Part shown: in pieces, positions 32,443 through 43,286 of the stretch | Position numbering within the stretch: position 1 is the stretch's first letter | How the letters are laid out: every line of letters starts with the position of its first letter | Source of the DNA: Gammaproteobacteria bacterium | GTDB taxonomy: Bacteria > Pseudomonadota > Gammaproteobacteria > Ga0077554 > Ga007554 | Assembly: GCA_033717875.1 (NCBI GenBank) | Contig: JADDKJ010000002.1 | Span: 2,820-66,819, forward strand | DNA length: 64,000 bases | Direction of reading: 5' to 3' | Made by a program: the position numbers and the translations under genes | The notes under the pieces: model-generated | Told to the model about the DNA's origin: nothing | The model's input: only the letters and a program-made list of their open reading frames with translations | Database searches by the model: none

Positions 32443-34281
32443 GTGGAAAATGCCGCCATTCACCTGAGCACTCCGTGCCCGGAAAAGCAACAAACATTGG
32501 CGTTTGACGCGCATCCTGTCAAAGTCAAGTCCTGGATCGACAATCTCCCCTTGGCCAACTCTGGCGAGACCGCACATTCAATCTACCACGCGCTGACTTC
32601 CATCAACCGTACCATCATACCCGTACAGCATCGCTGCCAAATCCTGAAGCTTTTTAGACCACCCCTGCGACATGTCATGAATATGCTCAGAAAACATTAT
32701 ATCGGCGCCTCCTTCCCATTATCCGATACCGGCATGAAAGCCGCGCTGCTGGCCCGTGAACTCCAAATTGAAATGGCCCATGGTTACAAGATCGCGCTCA
32801 ACAACCTGGTGAGCCATCCTTCCACGCTACCTACAACGGCGAAAACGCTGCCGCTACTGCATCACGCGATGCGGTATCTGATCGAAGCGCTGCTCACTTC
32901 GTATCAAACCTACATATCATCCCCGGGCGCCGTGTGGCGGGATATCCACCAAATGTATCTTTATGCCGAGAGCAAGAGGCTTCATGAAAGCGCCATTCAT
33001 GACAAGGAAGATCCGCTGATTTCGCATCATAGTATCAGCGACCTCTACAAACAGGCGCTGCTGTTGGCGCTTGCCAGTCCTTATCACCTGCCGCAACGCG
33101 ACATCGGAACCATCGCAACAACCTTGGACAACTGGCCGACTTACGCGAAATTAAGTTTTGTTATTGACCTTGAAACTCCGCCGGAATCGTTTTTAATCGA
33201 CCTTGAAAAGGACGAACCAACCTCCGCCCCGGCAACACAAAGAAACCCCCGCCTGACATCGTACCGGCTGCTGGAACTCACTGACTTGATCAATCATCTA
33301 CGCGAATTGAGCAGCGAGGAGCATACGCAAACCGACAAGACACCTTCGCATGAACTACTGAGAAAGCTGATCACGGCCTGGGGCGCGCCGGCGAAACGCC
33401 ATTTCTCCCGCATGAATAAAAATAGCCGTATCACCGTTGTGCTGGGCTTGGATGCGCTATATCAGGCCTACGGCGGCGCATCCTCAACGTCCGACCCTCC
33501 AGCAACATCCCTGGAGTTATCCACAAAGAATCAGGGCAAGGCACGGTTCACCAGCCGCCCCGTGATGGGCATGCACGGGCCGCAGGAAAACTGGGACGGC
33601 GAGGAAAGAGAAGACGAAGAGCGGAATGCGCCGGATGTATGGGATGTTACCACTCAAACAGCCTATTTCAAAAAACAACACGCCGAGAAAGAAGCGCAAA
33701 CCCAGAAAAAGGCTGTCCAGGCAGCAGCCCCCTATACAGCGTATGATTGTGAGGTCATCAATGAAAGCGCCGGCGGCGCATGCCTAGCCTGGGAAGGCGA
33801 CAAAAAAGAAGCGAAATTCAAGATCGGTGAACTGATCGGTGTGAGCATCGTCGACCAGTCGGATGCTCACGAATGGGGTGTGGCGGTCATCCGCTGGATG
33901 AAACACGTCAAGAAGTCGCGGATGGAATTTGGCATTCAGATGATCACTCCTACCGCCGAAGCCGTTTCGCTGCGCCACAGCGATGACGCAACACAAAGCG
34001 CGGTTCACGAAATGGGCTTGCTACTGCCGGAAATCAAAGTTATCCAGCAGGCCGCAACGCTGATAGTTTCGAGTCATCTGTTCAGATCGGGAGACAAACT
34101 GACCTGCACTACGAGTGATGGCGTGCTCCGGCAAATCGTGCTCACCGAATTGACCCAAGATAACGGTCTGTTCGCGCAGTTCCGCTTCACGCCGCTGGAA
34201 AGTATGGCCTCTTACAAAACCACCGCATCACAGGAAAAACCGGAGCGCAATGATTTCGAAATGCTTTGGAATTCCATTTGA
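32443..34281 (+). CDS. Hypothetical protein, paralog 2; same architecture as 30526-32277
   Basis: 612 aa. About 40% identical over the whole length to paralog 1 (for example HPVKVKSWIDNLPLANSGETAHSIYHAL versus HPPKVKEWLERLPLSNTGETARLVYHEL). C-terminal CEVINESAGGACLAW...EWGVAVIRW...MEFGIQMI PilZ-like fold with degenerate RxxxR (YFKKQHAEK). Confidence 0.7.
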   Translation: MENAAIHLSTPCPEKQQTLAFDAHPVKVKSWIDNLPLANSGETAHSIYHALTSINRTIIPVQHRCQILKLFRPPLRHVMNMLRKHYIGASFPLSDTGMKAALLARELQIEMAHGYKIALNNLVSHPSTLPTTAKTLPLLHHAMRYLIEALLTSYQTYISSPGAVWRDIHQMYLYAESKRLHESAIHDKEDPLISHHSISDLYKQALLLALASPYHLPQRDIGTIATTLDNWPTYAKLSFVIDLETPPESFLIDLEKDEPTSAPATQRNPRLTSYRLLELTDLINHLRELSSEEHTQTDKTPSHELLRKLITAWGAPAKRHFSRMNKNSRITVVLGLDALYQAYGGASSTSDPPATSLELSTKNQGKARFTSRPVMGMHGPQENWDGEEREDEERNAPDVWDVTTQTAYFKKQHAEKEAQTQKKAVQAAAPYTAYDCEVINESAGGACLAWEGDKKEAKFKIGELIGVSIVDQSDAHEWGVAVIRWMKHVKKSRMEFGIQMITPTAEAVSLRHSDDATQSAVHEMGLLLPEIKVIQQAATLIVSSHLFRSGDKLTCTTSDGVLRQIVLTELTQDNGLFAQFRFTPLESMASYKTTASQEKPERNDFEMLWNSI

Positions 34282-34316
34282 AGCGGTAAATCAATACCGC
34301 ACCATATCCGAACTCT

Positions 34317-34865
34317 CTATCCGGCACCTTTGGTTCGCTGAAAAAACTCCGTCAGCGCCACCGGATAATGAATGGCGCCGCCTCCCGCCAGCGATCCCTT
34401 GATCAGCTCTATCGCCTGCACGGATTCTTCCGGCACCGGCAGAGGACATTGGATGTTCCGCCTGGAAGCCTTCTCGAAGCCGAACTTCGCATAAAACTCG
34501 GGATGGCCCACGACGATGATGGCGCGCCAGCCGAGGCTCGCCGCCTTGGTAAGCGCCGCGCGCACCAGCGCCGAACCTATGCCGCGATGAGACTGGGAAG
34601 GCACCACGGCCATGGGCGCCAGGGCCAACACGTCGATCTCGCCAGCGGGCTGAGCAAGGTGCGCCCGTGACAAAAGGATATGGCCGACGATACGGTGATC
34701 GATCTCGGCCACCAGAGATAATTCCGGGATGAAGTCTTCGGACTTGCGCAGCGCCGTCACCAGCACCGCCTCCGCCTCCCCTTGAAAAGCGCTGAGGTTG
34801 ACCACGTCAATCGCACGAATGTCATCGGCGCTCTCTTGCCGGACGATAATATCGGTCATGCTCAT
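34317..34865 (-). CDS. GNAT family N-acetyltransferase (YhbS-like)
   Basis: 182 aa. Acetyl-CoA binding segment RGIGSALVRAAL..GWRAIIVVG. Confidence 0.8.
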   Translation of the reverse strand: MSMTDIIVRQESADDIRAIDVVNLSAFQGEAEAVLVTALRKSEDFIPELSLVAEIDHRIVGHILLSRAHLAQPAGEIDVLALAPMAVVPSQSHRGIGSALVRAALTKAASLGWRAIIVVGHPEFYAKFGFEKASRRNIQCPLPVPEESVQAIELIKGSLAGGGAIHYPVALTEFFQRTKGAG

Positions 34866-34897
34866 TTTTGTTCTCCTTGTTCCATTTCAATTCTTTA

Positions 34898-35048
34898 GGA
34901 ACCTCTGAATAATTCAGAGGTTCCGCAGCACAGGGATGTGCCGGCATTGTTCAATCACTTGCCGTGATTGAACAATGAAGAAAAGCAAAAATCGCATTTT
35001 TGCTTTTCGTGCTCTGAGAATTCCAGGATGGAATTATTCAGAGCTTCC
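34898..35048. mobile_element. Repeat family A MITE, full copy in inverse orientation (GNAT-htpX spacer)
   Basis: Reverse complement aligns end-to-end with 20726-20875. Left terminus here is the perfect 27-nt palindrome GGAACCTCTGAATAATTCAGAGGTTCC. Flanked by TTTA/TTTA. Confidence 0.8.
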
Positions 35049-35110
35049 TTTAGCGCCCCAAAAACAGAGACACCCGCGAAGGGGTGTCTCTGGGGTCTTT
35101 CCTGTTACTG

Positions 35111-35998
35111 TTAATCGCGCGCGGCGCGCAATGCCGCGATACGTTCATCCAGCGGCGGATGACTCATGAACAGGCGCCGCAGACCGTGGCCGATACCGCC
35201 GGAGATGCCGAATGCCGCCATCTGGTCGGGCAGGTGCGGCTGACCCGCGTTCGCCTTCAAGCGCTCCAGGGCCGAGATCATTTTCTCGCGGCCGGCAAGA
35301 CTGGCGCCACCGGCATCGGCGCGGAATTCACGCCGACGGCTGAACCACATGACGATGATGCTCGCCAACACCCCGAGCACCAGTTCGGCGACAATGGAAG
35401 TCACCCAGAAGGCCGGGCCATGGCCGCGTTCGGTCTTGAACACCACTCTGTCCACCAGATGACCGACCACCCGCGACAGCACGATGACGAAGGTATTCAC
35501 CACACCCTGTATCAGCGCCAGGGTCACCATGTCGCCATTGGCGACATGGCTGACCTCGTGCGCCAGCACCGCCTCGGCTTCGTCCTGGTTCATGGAGCGC
35601 AACAGCCCCGTGCTCACCGCCACCAGGGCGTTATTGCGCCGCATGCCGGTGGCGAAGGCATTGACATCGGGCGAATCATAGATCGCCACTTCCGGCATAC
35701 CGATCCCAGCCTTCTGCGCCTGACGCCGCACCACCTCCACCAGCCACGCCTCGGTGGCGTTCGCCGGGCGTTCTATGACGCGCGCCCCGGTCATGTTCTT
35801 GGCGCTCCACTTGGACATCGCCAGCGAGATGAACGAACCGCTCATGCCGATGATCGCTGCGTAGATGAGCAGCGAATTCATGTTCAGATCGACGCCCTGC
35901 TGGTCGAGAATACCTTCTATCCCGAGCACTCGCATCGAAATGCTGAGAACGACCAGCACGGCAATATTGGTGGCCAGGAACAGAAAAATGCGTTTCAT
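35111..35998 (-). CDS. htpX: Zinc metalloprotease HtpX (M48 family)
   Basis: 295 aa. Two N-terminal TM helices, [10 protein letters not shown] zinc-binding HExxH motif, further TM pair. Overall HtpX collinearity. Confidence 0.9.
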   Translation of the reverse strand: MKRIFLFLATNIAVLVVLSISMRVLGIEGILDQQGVDLNMNSLLIYAAIIGMSGSFISLAMSKWSAKNMTGARVIERPANATEAWLVEVVRRQAQKAGIGMPEVAIYDSPDVNAFATGMRRNNALVAVSTGLLRSMNQDEAEAVLAHEVSHVANGDMVTLALIQGVVNTFVIVLSRVVGHLVDRVVFKTERGHGPAFWVTSIVAELVLGVLASIIVMWFSRRREFRADAGGASLAGREKMISALERLKANAGQPHLPDQMAAFGISGGIGHGLRRLFMSHPPLDERIAALRAARD

Positions 35999-36133
35999 TC
36001 AAAACCTCGTAAGTTATAAACACGAATCATTAGATAGGGTCAACCGCCAAAGAGTTCAAGTCTTTTGCGCCGGACAATCCACACAAATGAGATTGTATTT
36101 TGCCATAATTACAATAAGTTATAAATAGGCGAC

Positions 36134-36601
36134 CTATTTCCCGCCGCTGGCCTGCCAGGCCGTCAGCTTGCCGTGCATGCGCCGCACATGGCTTCCTTCC
36201 CAATAAACCTTGCCGCACTGAGGACAATAAAAAAGGTGGTTGATCGTCACCCGGGAGCGGTGCGGCACGTCGCACCACTGTTCCGGCGCAGCCTCGGTGA
36301 GCGGCGTATTGCACACCAGGCAACGTGTGAAGGGTTGAAACGTCCAGTCGATACCGAGCCGCCCCGTCAGTTCCTGGATGCAATCCTGCACGGCATTCGA
36401 ACGCAGCAGAATCACCACCCCCGGCGCCTCGCGAAATTCCATGAGTTTGCGGTCGCGCGTGATCAACAGCCGTCCTTCACGCACCGCCCGCTGGATCAGA
36501 TCGCGGTCGCTGACACCGTCACCCTCGATCACCGTGTCATACCCCGCCGCGCGTAGCCAGCGCCCAAGGCGCTTGAGCATCTCGTCGCACAAAAACTTCA
36601 T
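36134..36601 (-). CDS. Mut7-C RNase domain (DUF82) protein with C-terminal zinc ribbon
   Basis: 155 aa. MKFLCDEMLKRLGRWLRAAGYD N-terminus characteristic of Mut7-C/DUF82 PIN-like proteins. C-terminal CLVCNTPL...CPQCGK zinc-ribbon. Confidence 0.65.
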   Translation of the reverse strand: MKFLCDEMLKRLGRWLRAAGYDTVIEGDGVSDRDLIQRAVREGRLLITRDRKLMEFREAPGVVILLRSNAVQDCIQELTGRLGIDWTFQPFTRCLVCNTPLTEAAPEQWCDVPHRSRVTINHLFYCPQCGKVYWEGSHVRRMHGKLTAWQASGGK

Positions 36602-37014
36602 GGCGTTTCGATAAGCGCCCGCACCACCGCCGTCCAGGCGCGCGCCAGGTTATCCAGATCATACCCGCCACCCCCCAGTGCCAGGATGCGCCCCTGACAG
36701 CACTCCTCGGCGATCTCGCACAACCGGGCCGCCGCCCGGGCGTGGCTGGCGGGCGAATACGTCAGATTTGCCAAAGGATCACCGGCAAGACTATCGGCGC
36801 CGCATTGCAGAATGATGAATTCGGGGCGGGCATGACGCACAAACGCCTCGATACGCGGCCAGACTTGTAAAAAAGCCCTGTCCCCGGCACCGGGCGGCAA
36901 GGAGATGTTGAGCTTGGTGCCCGCCGCCACGCCACGGCCGGTCTCGTGCGCCTCGCCGGTGCCGGGGAAGAGATAGCGGCCATCCTCATGGACATCGGCG
37001 TTTTTAGGATCCAT
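36598..37014 (-). pseudogene. Histone deacetylase/AcuC-family C-terminal fragment (5'-truncated remnant)
   Basis: 138-aa ORF matching only the C-terminal third of HDAC/acetoin-utilisation AcuC enzymes (DVHEDGRYLFPGTGEAHETG...ILQCGADSLAGDPLANLTYS...LGGGGYDLDNLARAW). Upstream sequence is the secF terminator, so the N-terminal about 170 residues are absent. Its stop overlaps the Mut7-C start. Confidence 0.5.
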
Positions 37015-37073
37015 ACGCCATACGCTAACTTAGCGGGGTGGCAGGGTCAAGGAGGGAACAACAAAACAGGCGC

Positions 37074-37108
37074 GCACAAAAAAGCCCGCAACCGCGGGCC
37101 TTTTTGTG
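37074..37108. terminator. Bidirectional rho-independent terminator downstream of secF
   Basis: CACAAAAAA-GCCCGCAACCGCGGGC-CTTTTTGTG. A GC stem flanked by A-run and T-run serves either strand. Confidence 0.75.
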
Positions 37109-37159
37109 CTCTCGACATTCTGCCAAGGAAGCGCTGATTTATTGGCGCCTCCCTAAAAC

Positions 37160-38095
37160 TCAAGGCCGCGCATCCACGCCCTCGCCTTCCTTCTTTACCG
37201 GCATCAGGTTGCTTCTGCTAACACCCAACCACATCACGATAGGACTAGCCACCAGCACCGAGGAATAGATGCCGAATACGATACCGATGGTGAGTGCCAG
37301 TGCGAAATAGAACAGCGTCTCGCCGCCGAAGAACAGCATCGACAGCACCACCAGTTCGGTCATCCCATGAGTGATGACGGTACGGGACATGGTGCGGGTG
37401 ATGGCGTTGTCGATAATCTCGGGAACAGTAGCTTTGCGCATCTTGCGGAAGTTTTCGCGGATCCGGTCGAACACCACCACCGATTCGTTCACCGAATACC
37501 CGAGGATGGCGAGCACACCCGCCAGTACGGTGAGAGAGAATTCCCACTGAAACAAGGCAAAAAAACCCAGGATGATAACGACGTCATGTATGTTGGCGAT
37601 GATCGCCGCAACCGAGAAACGCCATTCGAAACGCACCGCCAGATAGGCCATGATGCCAATGCACACCAACAGCAGTGCCAGTCCGCCACCCTCGTACAAC
37701 TCCTGCCCCACCTGCGGGCCGACGAATTCGGCCCGTCGCAGCTCCACGCTGGCATCCTGCGTCTTGAGTGCGTGCATGATCTCGTCGCTGAGCATCGCCG
37801 ACGACACATTCTTCTTCGCCGGCAGACGAATGAGCACATCCTGGGTAGTGCCGAAGTTTTGCACCGTCACATCGTGATATCCGCTCCCTTGCAGCGCGGT
37901 ACGGATCTGCTGCACATCCACCGCATGGGAATAATGCACCTCCACCACGGTGCCGCCCGTAAACTCGATGCTCAGATTCAATCCCCGCGCAACAATGGCT
38001 CCGACCGCGACGACAAACATCACGACCGAGATCACCGTGGTGATGCGCGCATAACGCATGAACGGGATATCATGCTTGATGCGGAAAAGTTCCAT
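37160..38095 (-). CDS. secF: Protein translocase subunit SecF
   Basis: 311 aa. Multi-TM protein with the SecF conserved LSIEFTGGT and RFEWRF regions. Downstream of secD. Confidence 0.9.
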   Translation of the reverse strand: MELFRIKHDIPFMRYARITTVISVVMFVVAVGAIVARGLNLSIEFTGGTVVEVHYSHAVDVQQIRTALQGSGYHDVTVQNFGTTQDVLIRLPAKKNVSSAMLSDEIMHALKTQDASVELRRAEFVGPQVGQELYEGGGLALLLVCIGIMAYLAVRFEWRFSVAAIIANIHDVVIILGFFALFQWEFSLTVLAGVLAILGYSVNESVVVFDRIRENFRKMRKATVPEIIDNAITRTMSRTVITHGMTELVVLSMLFFGGETLFYFALALTIGIVFGIYSSVLVASPIVMWLGVSRSNLMPVKKEGEGVDARP

Positions 38096-38111
38096 GTAAC
38101 TACCCTCGAGT

Positions 38112-39968
38112 TTAAATCGGCAGTCTGGCGAGCCTGCGCTGGCCGTATATCAAATTGACCATGGAGCGCGACACCATCACCGCGCTGAACATGGATGTCA
38201 GAATACCGATGCACAACACCACCGCGAAGCCGCGCACCGGCCCGGAACCGAGAAGAAACAACGCGAAACCGGCGATCAATGTCGTGACGTTCGAATCCAG
38301 AATCGTGCCCCACGCGCGCTCATAGCCGGCGTGAATCGACGCCTGAGGCGTGTTCCCACCGCGCAGCTCCTCACGTATTCGTTCAAAGATCAGCACGTTG
38401 GCGTCGATGGCCATGCCGACGGTAAGGGCGATGGCCGCGATACCCGGCAAGGTGAGCGTAGCCTGCAGCATGGACAAAACCGCCACCAACAACACCATAT
38501 TCAAGAACAACGATACACTCGCGATGACACCAAAAATCCGATAATAGACGCTCATGAAGATGGCGATGGCGGCAAAACCGGCGAGTGTCGAGTTGAATCC
38601 CTTGGCGATGTTCTCCGCACCCAGGCTGGGACCAACGGTGCGCTCTTCCACGATATCCATCGGTGCGGCCAGCGCGCCGGCGCGCAGCAGCAGAGCAAGA
38701 TCGCGCGCCTCATTGGAACTATCCAGGCCGGTGATCTGGAAGCGTTTGCTGAGCGCCTCACGTATGGTTGCGACGTTGATCACCTCTTCGACTATTTTCC
38801 TGGTCTTGATGGCCTTGCCATCGACAATGCGTGTCTCACTCTTGCTCTCGATGAACACAACGGCCATCGGTTTGCCGACGTTATCCTTGGTGACGTTATA
38901 CATCATCTTGGAACCCTTTCCATCGAGCGAGATGAACACCGCTGGACTACCGTCACGCTGGTCGATGCCGGAGGAGGCATCGACGATGTCCTGACCGGTG
39001 ATGATCACGCGCTTCTGTAATAGGATGGGGGCGCCGCCGCGTTCCTTGTAGAGTTTGGCGCTCGGCGGCACACGCCCGGCCACGGCATCCTGCGCATTGT
39101 GTTCTGTATCCACCAGCCGGAATTCCAGGGTCGCGGTGGCGCCGAGGATCTCCTTGGCACGCGCGGTATCCTGCACGCCGGGCAGTTGCACCACGATGCG
39201 GTCCGACCCTTGCTGCTGGATGACCGGCTCGGACACGCCCAGTTCATTGACGCGGTTGCGTAACGCGGTAATGTTCTGCTGTACAGCGAACTTTCGAATC
39301 TCGCGTCGCTCCGCCTCATTGATCGAAGCCGTCACATAAAACTCGGCGCCACGCTCATCGTCCCTAAGCACCAGACCCGGAAATTCGGTCTTCATCTTGG
39401 CCAGCGCCTGATCGCGCTCATCAGCCGCGCGGAACTTGATCTCCAGGCCGCCGGCGCCCTGCCGGACGACGGTGAGATAACGCAACTTCTCGTTACGCAG
39501 CAGGGTACGAATATCCCCGACATAACGCTCTTCGGCCTGAGCCAGCGCGGCCACAGTATCCACCTGCATCTGGAAATGCACACCACCGCGCAGGTCCAAC
39601 CCCAGATACATCGGCGAAGCGCCAAGCGAATTCAGCCACGCCGGCGTCGTAGGCGCCAGATTCAGCGCGACCACGAAATCGTCGCCCAGCGCCGCGCCGA
39701 CGATATCCTTGGCCTTGAGCTGATCATCGGTATTCGCAAACCGCACCAGCAAGCCGTTGGCCGCGGTCTCGATCGGCTGAGAAGCAATACCGGCCTGCTT
39801 CAAAACATCCTGAACCTTGCCGCGCGTCGCCATATCGATCGGCGTGCCACGGCTCGACGAGATCTGCAAGGCCGGGTCTTCCCCGTACAGATTGGGCAGC
39901 GCGTATACCGCCGCCACGGCGAGAATCGCCCCGATCAGCAGGTATTTCCATAACGGATACTTATTCAT
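38112..39968 (-). CDS. secD: Protein translocase subunit SecD
   Basis: 618 aa. MNKYPLWKYLLIGAILAVAAVYALPNLYGEDPA N-terminus, large periplasmic domain, C-terminal TM bundle. Confidence 0.92.
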   Translation of the reverse strand: MNKYPLWKYLLIGAILAVAAVYALPNLYGEDPALQISSSRGTPIDMATRGKVQDVLKQAGIASQPIETAANGLLVRFANTDDQLKAKDIVGAALGDDFVVALNLAPTTPAWLNSLGASPMYLGLDLRGGVHFQMQVDTVAALAQAEERYVGDIRTLLRNEKLRYLTVVRQGAGGLEIKFRAADERDQALAKMKTEFPGLVLRDDERGAEFYVTASINEAERREIRKFAVQQNITALRNRVNELGVSEPVIQQQGSDRIVVQLPGVQDTARAKEILGATATLEFRLVDTEHNAQDAVAGRVPPSAKLYKERGGAPILLQKRVIITGQDIVDASSGIDQRDGSPAVFISLDGKGSKMMYNVTKDNVGKPMAVVFIESKSETRIVDGKAIKTRKIVEEVINVATIREALSKRFQITGLDSSNEARDLALLLRAGALAAPMDIVEERTVGPSLGAENIAKGFNSTLAGFAAIAIFMSVYYRIFGVIASVSLFLNMVLLVAVLSMLQATLTLPGIAAIALTVGMAIDANVLIFERIREELRGGNTPQASIHAGYERAWGTILDSNVTTLIAGFALFLLGSGPVRGFAVVLCIGILTSMFSAVMVSRSMVNLIYGQRRLARLPI

Positions 39969-40000
39969 GAATCATCCTTCCGGCCGGAAGCAAGTAAGAG

Positions 40001-40330
40001 CTATGACTTGTAAGTCCCCTTCGGCATCAGCGCGGAGATGGCATTGCGCTGCACCTTGACCTCGACGCCTTGGGCGATTTCCAGCATGACAAAAGTTTCC
40101 TCGACGCGCGTGATTTTGCCGAGCAGGCCGCCGGTGGTGACCACCTCATCATTCTTGGACAGCGCCTCGGTCATCTTGCGGTGTTCCTTGGCACGCTTCA
40201 TCTGCGGCCGGATCAGCAGGAAATAGAAAACAATGAAAATCAGCAGCAGCGGAACGAATTCCAGCAGACCGGGAGCGGGCGAAGCGGCGGGGGCGGCTTC
40301 CGCCCAGGCATCGGAGATGAAAAAGCTCAT
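40001..40330 (-). CDS. yajC: Preprotein translocase subunit YajC
   Basis: ORF 40001..40465(-). Start MSFFISDAWA at 40330 (AAGGAA RBS). Single TM helix plus PQMKRAKEHRKM motif. Confidence 0.9.
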   Translation of the reverse strand: MSFFISDAWAEAAPAASPAPGLLEFVPLLLIFIVFYFLLIRPQMKRAKEHRKMTEALSKNDEVVTTGGLLGKITRVEETFVMLEIAQGVEVKVQRNAISALMPKGTYKS

Positions 40331-40370
40331 ACTATTTCCTTCTTGGTCCTTGGGGTTTGCAAACTGGCAA

Positions 40371-41495
<1,125 letters not shown>

Positions 41496-41632
41496 TTATA
41501 GCCGGATTTTTGGTAGAGTTTTAACCTAAAAACGTGCCCCGCAGACACGGAGGCGCCGAGACAAAAGAACTTTATTTCATCGCCATCCGCCTTTGCGCCT
41601 TTGCATTCCGTTTTAGCAGGAGTCATCTCGCC

Positions 41633-41923
41633 TTGACCAAGAAAAAATCCCCCACCCCACCCGATTTCGAGTCGGCGCTCAAGGAACTGGAATCCCTCGT
41701 GGCGCGCATGGAACAGGGTGATATCTCCCTTGAAGAATCGCTGGCCTGCTTCGAGCGCGGCATCGGCCTGACGCGCGCCTGTCAGCAGTCGCTCAAGGAA
41801 GCCGAGCAGAAGGTGCAGATGTTGATTGAAAAAAACGGGCGGGAAGAACTGCGCCCCTTCGATCAACCTCAGGGCGACTCCCTCACATCCTCGCCAGGCG
41901 GCACCGAATCCAATGAAGTCTGA
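41633..41923 (+). CDS. xseB: Exodeoxyribonuclease VII small subunit
   Basis: ORF 41534..41923. XseB homology (FESALKELESLVARMEQGDISLEESLACFERGIGLTRACQQSLKEAEQKVQ) starts at a probable TTG (41633) with AGGAG 9 nt upstream. Stop overlaps the ispA start. Confidence 0.8.
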   Translation: MTKKKSPTPPDFESALKELESLVARMEQGDISLEESLACFERGIGLTRACQQSLKEAEQKVQMLIEKNGREELRPFDQPQGDSLTSSPGGTESNEV

Positions 41924-42809
41924 ATTCAAAGACTGGCTGACGGCCTGCCAGTCGCGCATCGAACAGAAACTCGATCACTGGCTGCCTGCCGCCGGCATTC
42001 ATCCCACCGGCCTGCATGAGGCGATGCGCTATGCCGTACTGGGCGGGGGCAAGCGCATACGCCCGCTGCTGGTCTATGCCGCCGGAGGCGCGCTGGGAGT
42101 GGCGGAAGAAGCGCTGGATGGCCCGGCCTGCGCCGTGGAATTCATCCACGTCTACTCGCTGGTGCACGATGACCTGCCGGCGATGGACGATGACGATCTG
42201 CGCCGCGGCAAACCGACTTGCCATAAGGCGTTCGACGAGCCCACCGCTATCCTCGCCGGCGACGCGCTGCAAACCCTGGCGTTTTATGTCCTCGCCCACG
42301 ACCCCGCTATCCAGACGGACGCCGGCTCGCGCCTGAAGATGATCGAAACCCTGGCGCTGGCTACGGGCAGCCGCGGCATGGCGGGCGGTCAGGCCATTGA
42401 TCTCGCCGCCGTTGGGCGCGCGCTGACGCTTGCCGAACTGGAAGACATGCACATCCACAAGACCGGCGCCCTGATCCGCGCCAGCGTGACGCTGGGCGCA
42501 CTCAGCCTGCCCGGCGTCGATCACACCCTGCTGGAACGGCTCGACCGTTACGCCAAGTGCATCGGCCTGGCCTTCCAGATCCGCGACGACATCATCGACA
42601 TCGAAAGCGACACCGCCACCTTGGGCAAGACCCAGGGCGCCGATGCCGCCCGCAACAAGCCCACCTACCCCGCCCTGCTCGGCATGGCGGAGGCCAAGCA
42701 GCGCGCCCTGGATCTCCACCAGGAGGCATTGCAGTGTCTCGACGCGCTCGACGAACGCGCCGACCCCCTGCGCTGGATTGCCGGGTATATCGTGGAAAGA
42801 ATCAGTTGA
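41913..42809 (+). CDS. ispA: Farnesyl diphosphate synthase (geranyltranstransferase)
   Basis: ORF 41826..42809. Start MKSEFKDWL at 41913. First and second Asp-rich motifs LVHDDLPAMDDDDLRRGK and FQIRDDIIDI. Confidence 0.9.
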   Translation: MKSEFKDWLTACQSRIEQKLDHWLPAAGIHPTGLHEAMRYAVLGGGKRIRPLLVYAAGGALGVAEEALDGPACAVEFIHVYSLVHDDLPAMDDDDLRRGKPTCHKAFDEPTAILAGDALQTLAFYVLAHDPAIQTDAGSRLKMIETLALATGSRGMAGGQAIDLAAVGRALTLAELEDMHIHKTGALIRASVTLGALSLPGVDHTLLERLDRYAKCIGLAFQIRDDIIDIESDTATLGKTQGADAARNKPTYPALLGMAEAKQRALDLHQEALQCLDALDERADPLRWIAGYIVERIS

Positions 42810-43269
42810 TGGTAACCAATGCCAGCTTTACTGCGCTCTCCAGCGCATCGAGATTGGGAATATAGGCGGCCTGCCCCTGAACATTGATGTGTTTGAGAAT
42901 CAATGGCGCGGTTACGTCATGGCTGTCCGGCGCCACCATTTCCTTATCCACCCGGAGCGCGCGCGGAATACCCTGCATCACGAGGGCAATGAAAGGCAGC
43001 TCGGGATCATTACCCAGCGTCTTCAACACCACGATTTTTTGCTGCGCCGGCGGCGACACGGGCAGGGATTCGCCGCACGCGCCTTCGAAAAAGATCAGTG
43101 GAATGCGCAGCCCGCGCCAAAGCAACATGCCGGCCAGCCAGGCCGGGGCATGCGACACCGGCTCGGCCTTCTGGTACGCCACGACTTCCGCGACGGTGGC
43201 ATGCGGCAACAGCATTTTGCCATGCACCGGCAAAAGCAAACTATGAATCATATCGGGCATCATGGCCAT
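42802..43269 (-). CDS. CheW-like coupling protein (ChpC-like) of the Chp/Pil chemosensory system
   Basis: 155 aa. VAEVVAYQKAEPVSHAPAWLAGMLLWRGLRIPLIFFE follows the CheW pattern (I.EV....PV.P.......G..N.RG..IP...L). Immediately downstream of chpA. Confidence 0.7.
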   Translation of the reverse strand: MAMMPDMIHSLLLPVHGKMLLPHATVAEVVAYQKAEPVSHAPAWLAGMLLWRGLRIPLIFFEGACGESLPVSPPAQQKIVVLKTLGNDPELPFIALVMQGIPRALRVDKEMVAPDSHDVTAPLILKHINVQGQAAYIPNLDALESAVKLALVTIN

Positions 43270-43286
43270 TTCTCGTGCTCCAATGC

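Noticed and set aside
34975-35169. 64-aa ORF starting inside the family-A MITE
   Set aside because: Begins within the repeat element and runs antisense into htpX. No RBS or family. Copies of the element elsewhere do not preserve the frame.
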